Below, one piece after another: positions 15,947 through 23,476 of a DNA stretch of 24,000 bases (position 1 is its first letter; the number at the start of each line of letters is the position of its first letter). The position numbers were made by a program, and so were the translations under genes. Origin of the DNA: Terriglobales bacterium (GTDB lineage Bacteria > Acidobacteriota > Terriglobia > Terriglobales > Acidobacteriaceae). The DNA lies in contig DATNHO010000037.1 in the NCBI GenBank assembly GCA_035604895.1, positions 1-24,000 on the forward strand, given 5' to 3'. The notes under the pieces were generated by a model. That model was not told the origin of the DNA. It did not search any database and saw only the letters and a program-made list of their open reading frames with translations.

Positions 15947-16612
15947 CTACGCCCTGGCTGCTTCCTGATTGCCCAGAGGCAGGAAATACTGGGTTCCCTT
16001 GATCGGTGCGGAAACCTTCCTGAGCAGTTCCTGCAGGTCTTCATTGCGCTCCACGAAATCAATCTCTGAGGTGTTCACGATCAGCAGGTCGGATGAGGTG
16101 TAGTGAAAAAAGAAGTGCTCATAGGCTTTGATCACTTCTTCGAGATATTCTTCATTGATCACCTTCTCTCCTGGCGCATTCTTTTTCTTCAGGCGCTTTT
16201 TCAGTACCTCCGGCGTGGCTTGCAAATAAATCACCAGATCGGGAGTCGGAAGCTGCTCGCGAAAATAGTTGTAATAGCGGTTGTAGGTTTCGAGTTCCTG
16301 GTCGGTAAGGTTGAGGCAGGCGAAGAGCTTGTCTTTTTCGAAGACGAAGTCGGTGACCACGGATTTCTGCGAACGCGGTCCGAGGTCGAGCGCCCGAAGC
16401 TGTTCGAAGCGGCGAATCAGGAAAGCGAATTGCGCCTGGAATCCCGCGCCTCGTTCGCCGTCGTAGAAGGCGCGCAGAAAGGGGTTGTCGTCGGTTTCCA
16501 TGACCAGTTGGGCATTGAGACGCTCTGCCAGAATCCGCGCCAGCGTGCTTTTTCCGACGCGTATGGGACCTTCCACTGCAATGTAACGGGGCAGTTCGAA
16601 AAGATTGGCCAT
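15947..16612 (-). CDS. Deoxynucleoside kinase family protein
   Basis: YIAVEGPIRVGKSTLARILAERL (P-loop), DFVFEKDKLFACLNL, PDLVIYLQATPEVLKKRLKKK. Confidence 0.9.
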   Translation of the reverse strand: MANLFELPRYIAVEGPIRVGKSTLARILAERLNAQLVMETDDNPFLRAFYDGERGAGFQAQFAFLIRRFEQLRALDLGPRSQKSVVTDFVFEKDKLFACLNLTDQELETYNRYYNYFREQLPTPDLVIYLQATPEVLKKRLKKKNAPGEKVINEEYLEEVIKAYEHFFFHYTSSDLLIVNTSEIDFVERNEDLQELLRKVSAPIKGTQYFLPLGNQEAARA

Positions 16613-16677
16613 GGGCTAGGGCTTCGCATGGCAGGATATCTCGCCAGAGCTTTGCGCGCAATTGAGGGAAGAGTAAC

Positions 16678-16716
16678 CCCTGTGCACCACCGAGGCACAG
16701 GGAAACAATTTACAAT
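16678..16716 (+). promoter_or_regulatory. Divergent promoter region: hairpin/operator plus -10 element of the deacetylase gene
   Basis: Perfect IR CCCTGTGC (16678-16685)/GCACAGGG (16695-16702). TACAAT (16711-16716), 9 nt before the ATG at 16726. Confidence 0.45.
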
Positions 16717-16725
16717 CGCGGCATT

Positions 16726-17460
16726 ATGGATGGCTTCGTCATCGGGGCTGGCGTCGCGGCGGCGGTTGCCGCTGGCTATCAGTCCATGGCGCCAACCGGG
16801 CAATGGTATGGCCGGACCTTTACTGGACTGAAGCCGGGAACCAAGCAACTGGCGCTGACTTTCGACGACGGCCCCAACGATCCGCACACTCTTCGTCTAC
16901 TGGAAAGTCTTGCTCATCAGAATGTGAAGGCAACTTTTTTTCTGATCGGACGCTACGTGAAGCAAAGGCCTGACATCGTGCGCGAACTGGTGCGGGCTGG
17001 GCACGTAGTCGGCAATCATACATTCAGCCATCCCAATCTGATTTTTACTTCGGCGCGGCAAACCAGAATCCAATTGCAGGATTGCGCCCGGGCCTTGACG
17101 GATGCGGTGGGAGAGCATTCCCCGCTGTTTCGTCCCCCGTTTGGCGGACGCCGGCCGGGTACGCTGAGAATCGCGCGGGCCCTGGGTCTGGAACCGGTCC
17201 TGTGGAACGTCACCGGTTGGGACTGGAAAGGAAAGCCGGCGGAGTTCGTCGAGCAGAAAGTCAGCCAACAGATTCGTGGCGGCGATGTAATCCTATTGCA
17301 TGACGGCGGCCATGAGGCATTTGGAGCTGACCGTTCGCAAACCGTAATCGCGACCGATCGCCTGATCGCCCGGTACAAGGCTGATGGATACGAGTTCGTA
17401 ACCGTGCCGGAGATGATGGGAAAAGCAGTTGCCAGTTCTCAGCCCGCAGTTCCCAGTTGA
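16726..17460 (+). CDS. Polysaccharide deacetylase family protein (NodB homology)
   Basis: LALTFDDGPNDPHTLRLLESLAHQNVKATFFLIGRYVKQRPDIVRELVRAGHVVGNHTFSHPNL...RPPFGGR...ILLHDGG. Confidence 0.94.
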   Translation: MDGFVIGAGVAAAVAAGYQSMAPTGQWYGRTFTGLKPGTKQLALTFDDGPNDPHTLRLLESLAHQNVKATFFLIGRYVKQRPDIVRELVRAGHVVGNHTFSHPNLIFTSARQTRIQLQDCARALTDAVGEHSPLFRPPFGGRRPGTLRIARALGLEPVLWNVTGWDWKGKPAEFVEQKVSQQIRGGDVILLHDGGHEAFGADRSQTVIATDRLIARYKADGYEFVTVPEMMGKAVASSQPAVPS

Positions 17461-17499
17461 GCCCGCGCTGCTGCGCACCCGACAGGGTTCGAGACCGAG

Positions 17500-18801
17500 C
17501 TATGCATGCACCGACGCGAACGCCTGCTTGGCCACGCTAATCGTTTTCTGAATGTCTTCCTCGGAGTGGGCCGTGCCCAGAAACGCGGCTTCGAACTGCG
17601 ACGGGGGCAGATAGATGCCATTGTCCAGCATTCCGCGGAAGAAGCGGCCGAAGGCTTCTGTATCAGATTTCGCGGCCGAATCCCAATCCGTTACCGGACC
17701 GGGCGTAAAGAACCAAGTGAACATGGAACCCACGCGGTTGTGGCACAGCACCACGCCCGCATCTTTCGCGGCGGCTGCCACTCCATCTACGAGTTCCGCG
17801 CTGAGCTTGTCGAGCCGCGGATAGATTTCCTGCTTGTGTTCCCGCAAATGACGCAGCGTTGCCAAACCCGCGGCCATGGCCAAGGGATTTCCCGAGAGCG
17901 TGCCCGCCTGATACATGGGCCCGAGCGGCGCCACCAGATTCATGATTTCGGACGGACCGCCGTAGGCTCCCACCGGGAGTCCGCCGCCAATAATCTTGCC
18001 CATCGTGGTCAGATCGGGCGTCACTCCGTAAAGTTCCTGGGCACCACCAAACGCGACACGGAATCCAGTCATCACTTCGTCAAAAATAAGGACGCTTTTC
18101 TCCCGCTGCGTGATCAGACGCAAGGCCGCAAGATATCCGCCGGGAGCCGGCACACAACCCATGTTGCCCACGACTGGCTCTACGATCACGCAGGCGATTT
18201 CGTGCTTGAACTTCTTGAATGCATGTTCGAGCGCGTCGGTGTCGTTGAAAGGCAACGCTAGAGTGAATTGAATGAATTCTTCCGGAACGCCAGCCGAACC
18301 CGGAATCCCCAGTGTCGCGACACCCGAACCAGCTTTTACTAATAAGGCGTCGGCGTGTCCGTGGTAGCAGCCCTCGAATTTCACAATGTACTTACGCTTG
18401 GTGTAGGCGCGAGCCAGACGAATGGCAGACATCGTCGCTTCCGTGCCCGAATTCACAAAACGGACTTTCTGCATGTGAGGGAACGCAGACAGCACGATTT
18501 CCGCAAGGTCGGCCTCGGCGGGAGTGGAAGCGCCAAAGCTGGTGCCATTGCAGGCGGCGTCCATGATCGCTTCGATCACTTTGGACGGAGCGTGCCCGAG
18601 AATGAGCGGACCCCACGATCCGACGTAGTCGATGTACTCGTTGCCATCGGCATCGAAGATATGCGAACCCTGCCCGCGCAGGATGAAAGGCGCGTCGCCG
18701 CCTACGGCGCGAAAGGCGCGTACCGGCGAATTGACTCCGCCGGGAATCATCTGCTCAGCGCGTTCTTGCAGCTTGCGAGAAATCTCGGTTTTGCGGGCCA
18801 T
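17500..18801 (-). CDS. hemL: Glutamate-1-semialdehyde 2,1-aminomutase
   Basis: [18 protein letters not shown]; [23 protein letters not shown]; [46 protein letters not shown]. Start MARKTEIS at 18801 preceded by ggaga; 18900 is an over-extension. Confidence 0.96.
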   Translation of the reverse strand: MARKTEISRKLQERAEQMIPGGVNSPVRAFRAVGGDAPFILRGQGSHIFDADGNEYIDYVGSWGPLILGHAPSKVIEAIMDAACNGTSFGASTPAEADLAEIVLSAFPHMQKVRFVNSGTEATMSAIRLARAYTKRKYIVKFEGCYHGHADALLVKAGSGVATLGIPGSAGVPEEFIQFTLALPFNDTDALEHAFKKFKHEIACVIVEPVVGNMGCVPAPGGYLAALRLITQREKSVLIFDEVMTGFRVAFGGAQELYGVTPDLTTMGKIIGGGLPVGAYGGPSEIMNLVAPLGPMYQAGTLSGNPLAMAAGLATLRHLREHKQEIYPRLDKLSAELVDGVAAAAKDAGVVLCHNRVGSMFTWFFTPGPVTDWDSAAKSDTEAFGRFFRGMLDNGIYLPPSQFEAAFLGTAHSEEDIQKTISVAKQAFASVHA

Positions 18802-18996
18802 GGGCTCTCCGTAGGGAACCAGGTCATCTATCGTAACAGCGAGGGGCAACAACAGCCGGGCTCCCGCGCGACGACCTGCCTCAGGTGTCAAGAGAGGCAA
18901 CGGAATTCATCGGATATTTACAGTCTCGCAACAGTTCTGAAACACGTTCTGGCTACTCTCTTTCCAGTACACGCCCTTCTAACCGGGAGGGTTTTA

Positions 18997-19036
18997 AGGA
19001 CAGCTTCGGGGGGCTCCGAGCTGTCCTGATTTATTT
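18997..19036 (+). terminator. Strong hairpin with U-rich tail (plus-strand reading); orphan
   Basis: AGGACAGCT (18997-19005)...AGCTGTCCT (19019-19027) with TCGG/CCG inner pairing, followed by gatttattt. No annotated plus-strand gene precedes it; csoR reads in from the other side. Confidence 0.55.
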
Positions 19037-19064
19037 GCGTCGGCGCTCGCAGTTCACAGACTGA

Positions 19065-19352
19065 TCACTTCAGATACGCGCGAACCAGACCGATCAAATC
19101 CTCTCCTAACTCTTCCGGTGAGTCCACGGCATGTTCCGGATTCATCATGTGCAGGCGGATGTGGTCTTCCAGGACCTCCGCCATCAACCCGTTGACTCCG
19201 CCACGAATAGCCGCCAGCAGCATCAGGATGTCAGCGCATTCATCCCCAGCGGCTAGCGCCCGCTCGACCGCTGCGAACTGGCCACGAATCCGCTTGATGC
19301 GGAACAGGAGCTTCTGTTTCTCTTTTGAAATCTCGGGAATTTTATCTTGCAT
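19065..19352 (-). CDS. Metal-sensitive transcriptional regulator, CsoR/RcnR/FrmR family
   Basis: KQKLLFRIKRIRGQFAAVERALAAGDECADILMLLAAIRGGVNGLMAEVLEDHIRLHM matches the family (RI.RI.GQ...C..IL.ql.A...a...l...H...). Confidence 0.92.
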   Translation of the reverse strand: MQDKIPEISKEKQKLLFRIKRIRGQFAAVERALAAGDECADILMLLAAIRGGVNGLMAEVLEDHIRLHMMNPEHAVDSPEELGEDLIGLVRAYLK

Positions 19353-19385
19353 TTTTGCCTGCTTTCTTCAATCTTTCCCTTTACA

Positions 19386-19402
19386 ATACCGTAGGGGGGT
19401 AT
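19386..19402. promoter_or_regulatory. Candidate CsoR-type operator
   Basis: ATACC-gtagggg-GGTAT palindrome with a G-tract core, directly upstream of the csoR-family gene. Confidence 0.65.
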
Positions 19403-19511
19403 GATATAAGATTCTCAGGAGGGAAACCCATCGCGGACCCAGGAGCCGCTGAATCCCTCAGGAGCGTAAATCGCATGGTAGCTCAAATCCAGAGAAAGGA
19501 GGGTAACGACA

Positions 19512-19715
19512 ATGAACTGCATGACTCTATTCCTACAGCCAATAGCGATGGCGACGACGCAGCTCGCGTGCGTAATTCACCACGAAACTGTCTCTTCGTG
19601 GCAGAGGCAACCGAAGGCGGAACACAAGTCTTTGCGCATGAGCTGGGTCGTGGTCACCGACGAACGCGGCCAACGGCAGCTTCGCATGCACTGGGTAGCT
19701 GTGGAGGACTGCTGA
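19512..19715 (+). CDS. 67-aa hypothetical small protein with internal LRMxWVxVxD duplication
   Basis: Strong SD (aaaggaggg, around 19495-19503) before the ATG. Translation ...KSLRMSWVVVTDERGQRQLRMHWVAVEDC*. Confidence 0.5.
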   Translation: MNCMTLFLQPIAMATTQLACVIHHETVSSWQRQPKAEHKSLRMSWVVVTDERGQRQLRMHWVAVEDC

Positions 19716-19888
19716 CGACGGCAGACTCCACCTGTAACATTTCGTTAACATGGCGTGCGTAGGCTAGGTGGGTTGGCGGCGCTTCCCGTTAGAGCGTCGA
19801 CCGACCGCCGAGCCGGACGCCAATATATTTCGTTAATTTACGAGACGCGAAGAAGATCCGAAGCTTAAGCCGTGTCGACATCAAAAAC

Positions 19889-21358
19889 ATGAGAAAGCAA
19901 GTCCAACTCGCAAATCCCGCCCCCATCTGGCTGATAATTGTGTTTTGGGTGACTTTTGGTTCGGGGCTGCCTGCGCTTGCACAGCAGCCTGAAACGCCCG
20001 TTGCCGCGAAACCGGATACAGCGCCCCAGGCAGGGGCCGTCAGCGAGGCTGATCCGCCCTCTGATCCGCCAGCAGACGAAGGCACGGAATCGATGTTCCC
20101 GCATTTCAAAGACACGCGCTTCTGGCTTTCGGGGCAGATGAACTTCATTTTTCAGACCCATCCGCCATTCCCTGCGGCCTACAGCGGGAAGAACAGTTTG
20201 AGTCCCAACTATGAGAAGGCCACGTCCCGCGTGTTGACGCTTTACACGGGCATGCGGCTCAACAACTCGACAGAGATTCTGGTGGACATTGAAGAAGCCG
20301 GAGGATCAGCCCTCAGCACGGGCCTCGGGCTTGCGGGCAACACCGACCTCGATATCGTGCGTAATCCCTTGCTGAGCAAAGAGCCTTATCTGGCGCGCGG
20401 CATGATTCACAAAGTATTTGCGTTGAGCAAAGACAAGATCGAGAACGAGCGCACTGCGTTCTCGCTTTTCGAGGAACTTCCGCGCCGCCGGCTGGAAGTA
20501 CGCTTCGGCAAGTTCAGCATGCCGGACTTCTTCGATGTGAATTCGGTGGGCTCGGATACCCATTTTCAATTCTCCAACTGGACCGTAGACAACAACGGTG
20601 CCTGGGACTACGCCGCCGACACGCGCGGCTACACCGTCGGCGCGGTGGCCGATTACGAGGACCGCAATTGGGGCTTCCGCTTTGCCGAGGGGCTCATGCC
20701 CAAGGTCGCGAACGGAATTGATCTGGTCTGGAAGCCGTGGCAAGCTCATGCCGAGAACTTTGAGTACGAGTTGCGTCACGGAGTGATCCCGAAAAAAGCG
20801 GGGGTGGTCCGTCTATTGGCCTACACCAACTACGCCAACATGGGGATTTACCGCGAGGCCATCGCCAACTTTGAAGCAGGGCTTACACCCATTCCAGAAA
20901 TCACCGACCATCCCTGGCACATCAGTCGCAAGTATGGATTCGGTGTGAACCTGGAACAGAATCTCACCCGTTACTTGACCGCTTTCGGGCGCTTCGGATG
21001 GGATAACGGAAAGACCGAATCCTTCGCCTACACGGAAGTCGATCAAACCTTCGCCATGGGACTTGGAGCGAACGGCGCCTGGTGGCATCGCAAACAGGAT
21101 CGGGCCGGCGTTGCCTTCGTGACCAATGCCATTTGCAAAGATCATCAAATCTATCTTGCCGACGGCGGCCTAGGGTTTCTGCTCGGCGATGGCGCGTTAA
21201 AATACGGTCGTGAAAATATCGTCGAGTCGTATTACACGGTCCACGTCTGGCGCGGCATTTACGTCGCCCCCGGCGTGCAGCACATCAACGATCCCGGATA
21301 CAACCGCGACCGCGGCCCGTTAGTTGTGCCTTCGTTCCGCGCCCACGCAGAGTTCTAG
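19889..21358 (+). CDS. Carbohydrate porin, OprB-like outer membrane beta-barrel
   Basis: N-terminal signal peptide. Alternating aromatic barrel-like strands (GWDNGKTESFAYTEVDQTFAMGLGANGAWWHRKQDRAGVAFV; YYTVHVWRGIYVAPGVQHINDPGYNRDRGPLVVPSFRAHAEF), the typical OprB C-terminal arrangement. Confidence 0.75.
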   Translation: MRKQVQLANPAPIWLIIVFWVTFGSGLPALAQQPETPVAAKPDTAPQAGAVSEADPPSDPPADEGTESMFPHFKDTRFWLSGQMNFIFQTHPPFPAAYSGKNSLSPNYEKATSRVLTLYTGMRLNNSTEILVDIEEAGGSALSTGLGLAGNTDLDIVRNPLLSKEPYLARGMIHKVFALSKDKIENERTAFSLFEELPRRRLEVRFGKFSMPDFFDVNSVGSDTHFQFSNWTVDNNGAWDYAADTRGYTVGAVADYEDRNWGFRFAEGLMPKVANGIDLVWKPWQAHAENFEYELRHGVIPKKAGVVRLLAYTNYANMGIYREAIANFEAGLTPIPEITDHPWHISRKYGFGVNLEQNLTRYLTAFGRFGWDNGKTESFAYTEVDQTFAMGLGANGAWWHRKQDRAGVAFVTNAICKDHQIYLADGGLGFLLGDGALKYGRENIVESYYTVHVWRGIYVAPGVQHINDPGYNRDRGPLVVPSFRAHAEF

Positions 21359-21424
21359 GAATCCACCGGATACTCAAATTGTCCTCAAGCGCTTAGCCAT
21401 TGGCTACGACCACCCTGCCATGCA

Positions 21425-21877
21425 TCAGAGGAGCTGATCCAGGATTGCTGTCACGAACTCTCCAACTCGCGCGAAAACTGGGTTATTTGTGATGAACCCC
21501 GTCGCCTGCGCTCGGAGGGCAGCGGCTGCCTGCAGTGCATCCGGCGTCCGGAGACGATACATGGCGCGCATTCGTGCTGCCAAGTCCGCCGTCTCCAGGT
21601 CAGGCGCCATCCATCGCAAGTTAGGATACGTGGAAAGCAAAGCATAGAATGCGTCAACTTTGTGCTCGTCGTTGTCGCGATACGATGGGACCAGGAGCTC
21701 CGTCATCGTGATCGTGGAAGTCACGGCCTCATGGCCTGCCCGCTCCACCCACGAAAAGACAGAATCTGTGAGCGCGAGGTACCGGGGATTCGCTTCCATC
21801 TGGTAAATGAAGATGCTGGTGTCGAGAGCGATCCGGCGGTGACACCGGAGAAATAGCCGAAGGTGCTCTACTCCCAA
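21425..21877 (-). CDS. PIN-domain toxin (VapC-like)
   Basis: IALDTSIFIYQMEANPRYLAL...VTSTITMTELLVPSYR...LRTPDALQAAAALRAQATGFITNNPVFARV. TTG start overlaps the antitoxin end. Confidence 0.88.
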   Translation of the reverse strand: MGVEHLRLFLRCHRRIALDTSIFIYQMEANPRYLALTDSVFSWVERAGHEAVTSTITMTELLVPSYRDNDEHKVDAFYALLSTYPNLRWMAPDLETADLAARMRAMYRLRTPDALQAAAALRAQATGFITNNPVFARVGEFVTAILDQLL

Positions 21878-22089
21878 CTCTGACGCTCCTCCTCGAGATG
21901 TTGGGATGGATAGGCGGTACCCGCCAAACCTCGAATGGCTGCCTTATGAGACCTGGGTTTTTGCAGCACCAGCACTCTCTTGCCGCGGACCACGACCAGG
22001 ACCTTATCGCCAGCCTTTAAGCCGAGCGCCTCCCGCGCCTCCCGCGGAATTACGATCTGATTCTTGGAAGAAATCGTCGCTTGGGCCAT
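21868..22089 (-). CDS. AbrB/MazE-like antitoxin
   Basis: MAQATISSKNQIVIPREAREALGLKAGDKVLVVVRGKRVLVL. Start at 22089 preferred over the ORF-track 22194. Confidence 0.88.
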   Translation of the reverse strand: MAQATISSKNQIVIPREAREALGLKAGDKVLVVVRGKRVLVLQKPRSHKAAIRGLAGTAYPSQHLEEERQSWE

Positions 22090-22091
22090 GA

Positions 22092-22116
22092 CTTTACATT
22101 TTAGCATAAAGTAAAG
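22092..22116 (-). promoter_or_regulatory. Promoter/operator of the minus-strand AbrB-PIN module
   Basis: IR CTTTAC (22092-22097)/GTAAAG (22111-22116). Minus-strand extended -10 TGC-TAAAAT (22106-22098), 8 nt from the ATG. Confidence 0.6.
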
Positions 22117-22166
22117 CGCTACCGGCCATGGCCCCGGCGGGAGGTTTGCATGGCCCATCCATTTCT

Positions 22167-22451
22167 CTACTTCTCGACCTTCACGCCCTTCCAAAACGCC
22201 ACGTACCCCTTAATCTGCTTGGCCGCGGGCTTCGGCTCAGGATAAAACCAAGCTGCACCCTGATTCTGTTTGCCGTTCACCTCGAGGTCGTAGTAGCTGG
22301 CTGTGCCCTTCCAGGGACAAACGGAATGAGCGGGGCTGGGTTTGAAATATTCCTGTTTAATCGCGTCAGGCGGAAAATACTGGTTGCCTTCCACTTCCAC
22401 GCATTGGTTGGATTCAGCGAGAACCGTGCCTTCCCAGATTGCTTTTGACAT
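22167..22451 (-). CDS. DUF427 domain-containing protein
   Basis: AIWEGTVLAES...FPPDAIKQEYFKPSPAHSVCPWKGTASYYDLEVNGKQNQGAAWFYPEPKPAAKQIKGYVAFWKGVKVEK: characteristic DUF427 sequence. Confidence 0.92.
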   Translation of the reverse strand: MSKAIWEGTVLAESNQCVEVEGNQYFPPDAIKQEYFKPSPAHSVCPWKGTASYYDLEVNGKQNQGAAWFYPEPKPAAKQIKGYVAFWKGVKVEK

Positions 22452-22473
22452 GTCATCAGTTTAGATTTCTCTT

Positions 22474-23406
22474 ATGGCTGGTGGCTTCGAAAAATTGGTT
22501 GCGGACGTAATGCCCTCAACCCCGGCTGAGCCCCGTTTCAACGGTCATTCCATGGTAGGCGCGTTGCAACGCGTGCTGGTGTGCTCACCGCGGACCGCCT
22601 GCTGGCATCAACCTGAGCGGGCCGCGCGCTGGCGGGAGCTCGGATTCGCTCATCCTCCGAATTTTCAGGTGGCTCAGTCGCAGCATGAGGCATTGTGTCG
22701 CGAACTGAGCGCGTGCGGCGCGGAGGTCGAGGACATCCCCCCGGCCATGGAGCTTTCGCTCGATGCCGTCTATGCCCACGACGCCTCGTTGCCGACAGAT
22801 TTTGGGTTGATTCTGATGCGTCCCGGCAAAGCCAACCGGGTTCCTGAAGGCAAACATCACGGGTCGTTCTGCCAGATTTTGGGCGTTCCCATGCTGGCCA
22901 AAATTACGGCTCCGGCAACGACGGAAGCCGGAGACATGGTTTGGCTCGATGCCAAGACGCTGCTCGTCGGCCACGGCTACCGCACCAACGCGCAGGGCGT
23001 ACAACAGATGCGCGGCCTGCTCAAGCCCAAGGGAGTGGAGGTTCTTTCTGCGCCGCTGCCGCACGGTCCGGGACCGTCGGCGTGCCTGCATTTGATGTCA
23101 CTGATTAGTTTGCTCGATGAGAAAACCGTGCTCGTCGACTTGCCATGGCTCGCGGTTGAGACTCTGGAGTTGCTGAGAGCGCGTGGCTATGACTTTATCG
23201 AGATTGACTATTCCGAGCGCGAGACCCTTGCCTGCAACGTGCTCTCGTTGGGCGAGAAGCGACTGCTTGCACTGGACGAAAACAAAAAGACCAATCAAAA
23301 GCTGCGCGCGGCAGGATTTGATGTCCGAACCTTCCCCGGTTCCGAGCTGTGCATCAACGGCAGCGGCGGCCCCACCTGCCTGACCCGGCCTTTGCTGCGC
23401 TCATAA
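22474..23406 (+). CDS. Dimethylarginine dimethylaminohydrolase / amidinotransferase-like protein
   Basis: VLVCSPRTACW...; TEAGDMVWLDAKTLLVGHGYRTNAQGVQQMRGLL; LPHGPGPSACLHLMSLISLLDEKTVLVD; C-terminal INGSGGPTCLTRPL with nucleophilic Cys. True start may be 22510 or 22552. Confidence 0.8.
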   Translation: MAGGFEKLVADVMPSTPAEPRFNGHSMVGALQRVLVCSPRTACWHQPERAARWRELGFAHPPNFQVAQSQHEALCRELSACGAEVEDIPPAMELSLDAVYAHDASLPTDFGLILMRPGKANRVPEGKHHGSFCQILGVPMLAKITAPATTEAGDMVWLDAKTLLVGHGYRTNAQGVQQMRGLLKPKGVEVLSAPLPHGPGPSACLHLMSLISLLDEKTVLVDLPWLAVETLELLRARGYDFIEIDYSERETLACNVLSLGEKRLLALDENKKTNQKLRAAGFDVRTFPGSELCINGSGGPTCLTRPLLRS

Positions 23407-23437
23407 GGCCACCCCCTCTCGAACAACGGAAATGGAG

Positions 23438-23459
23438 AAGTGTTCCACGTGGAACACTT
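23438..23459. promoter_or_regulatory. parS: Candidate chromosomal parS (ParB/Spo0J binding) site
   Basis: Perfect 22-bp palindrome AAGTGTTCCACGTGGAACACTT containing the 16-mer TGTTCCACGTGGAACA (23441-23456), which fits the recalled parS pattern TGTTnCACGTGnAACA. Intergenic. Confidence 0.85.
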
Positions 23460-23476
23460 TGCATCCCGGGCCCTTT

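Noticed and set aside
16103-16831. 242-aa plus-strand ORF antisense to the deoxynucleoside kinase
   Set aside because: Composition typical of an antisense frame. The kinase P-loop gene is convincing on the minus strand.
17506-19029. 251-aa and 224-aa plus-strand ORFs antisense to hemL
   Set aside because: Shadow ORFs of a strongly conserved hemL gene.
19325-19762. 145-aa plus-strand ORF overlapping the csoR promoter and the 67-aa ORF
   Set aside because: Starts inside csoR coding sequence and runs through the operator. The 67-aa frame has a much better SD and sequence character.
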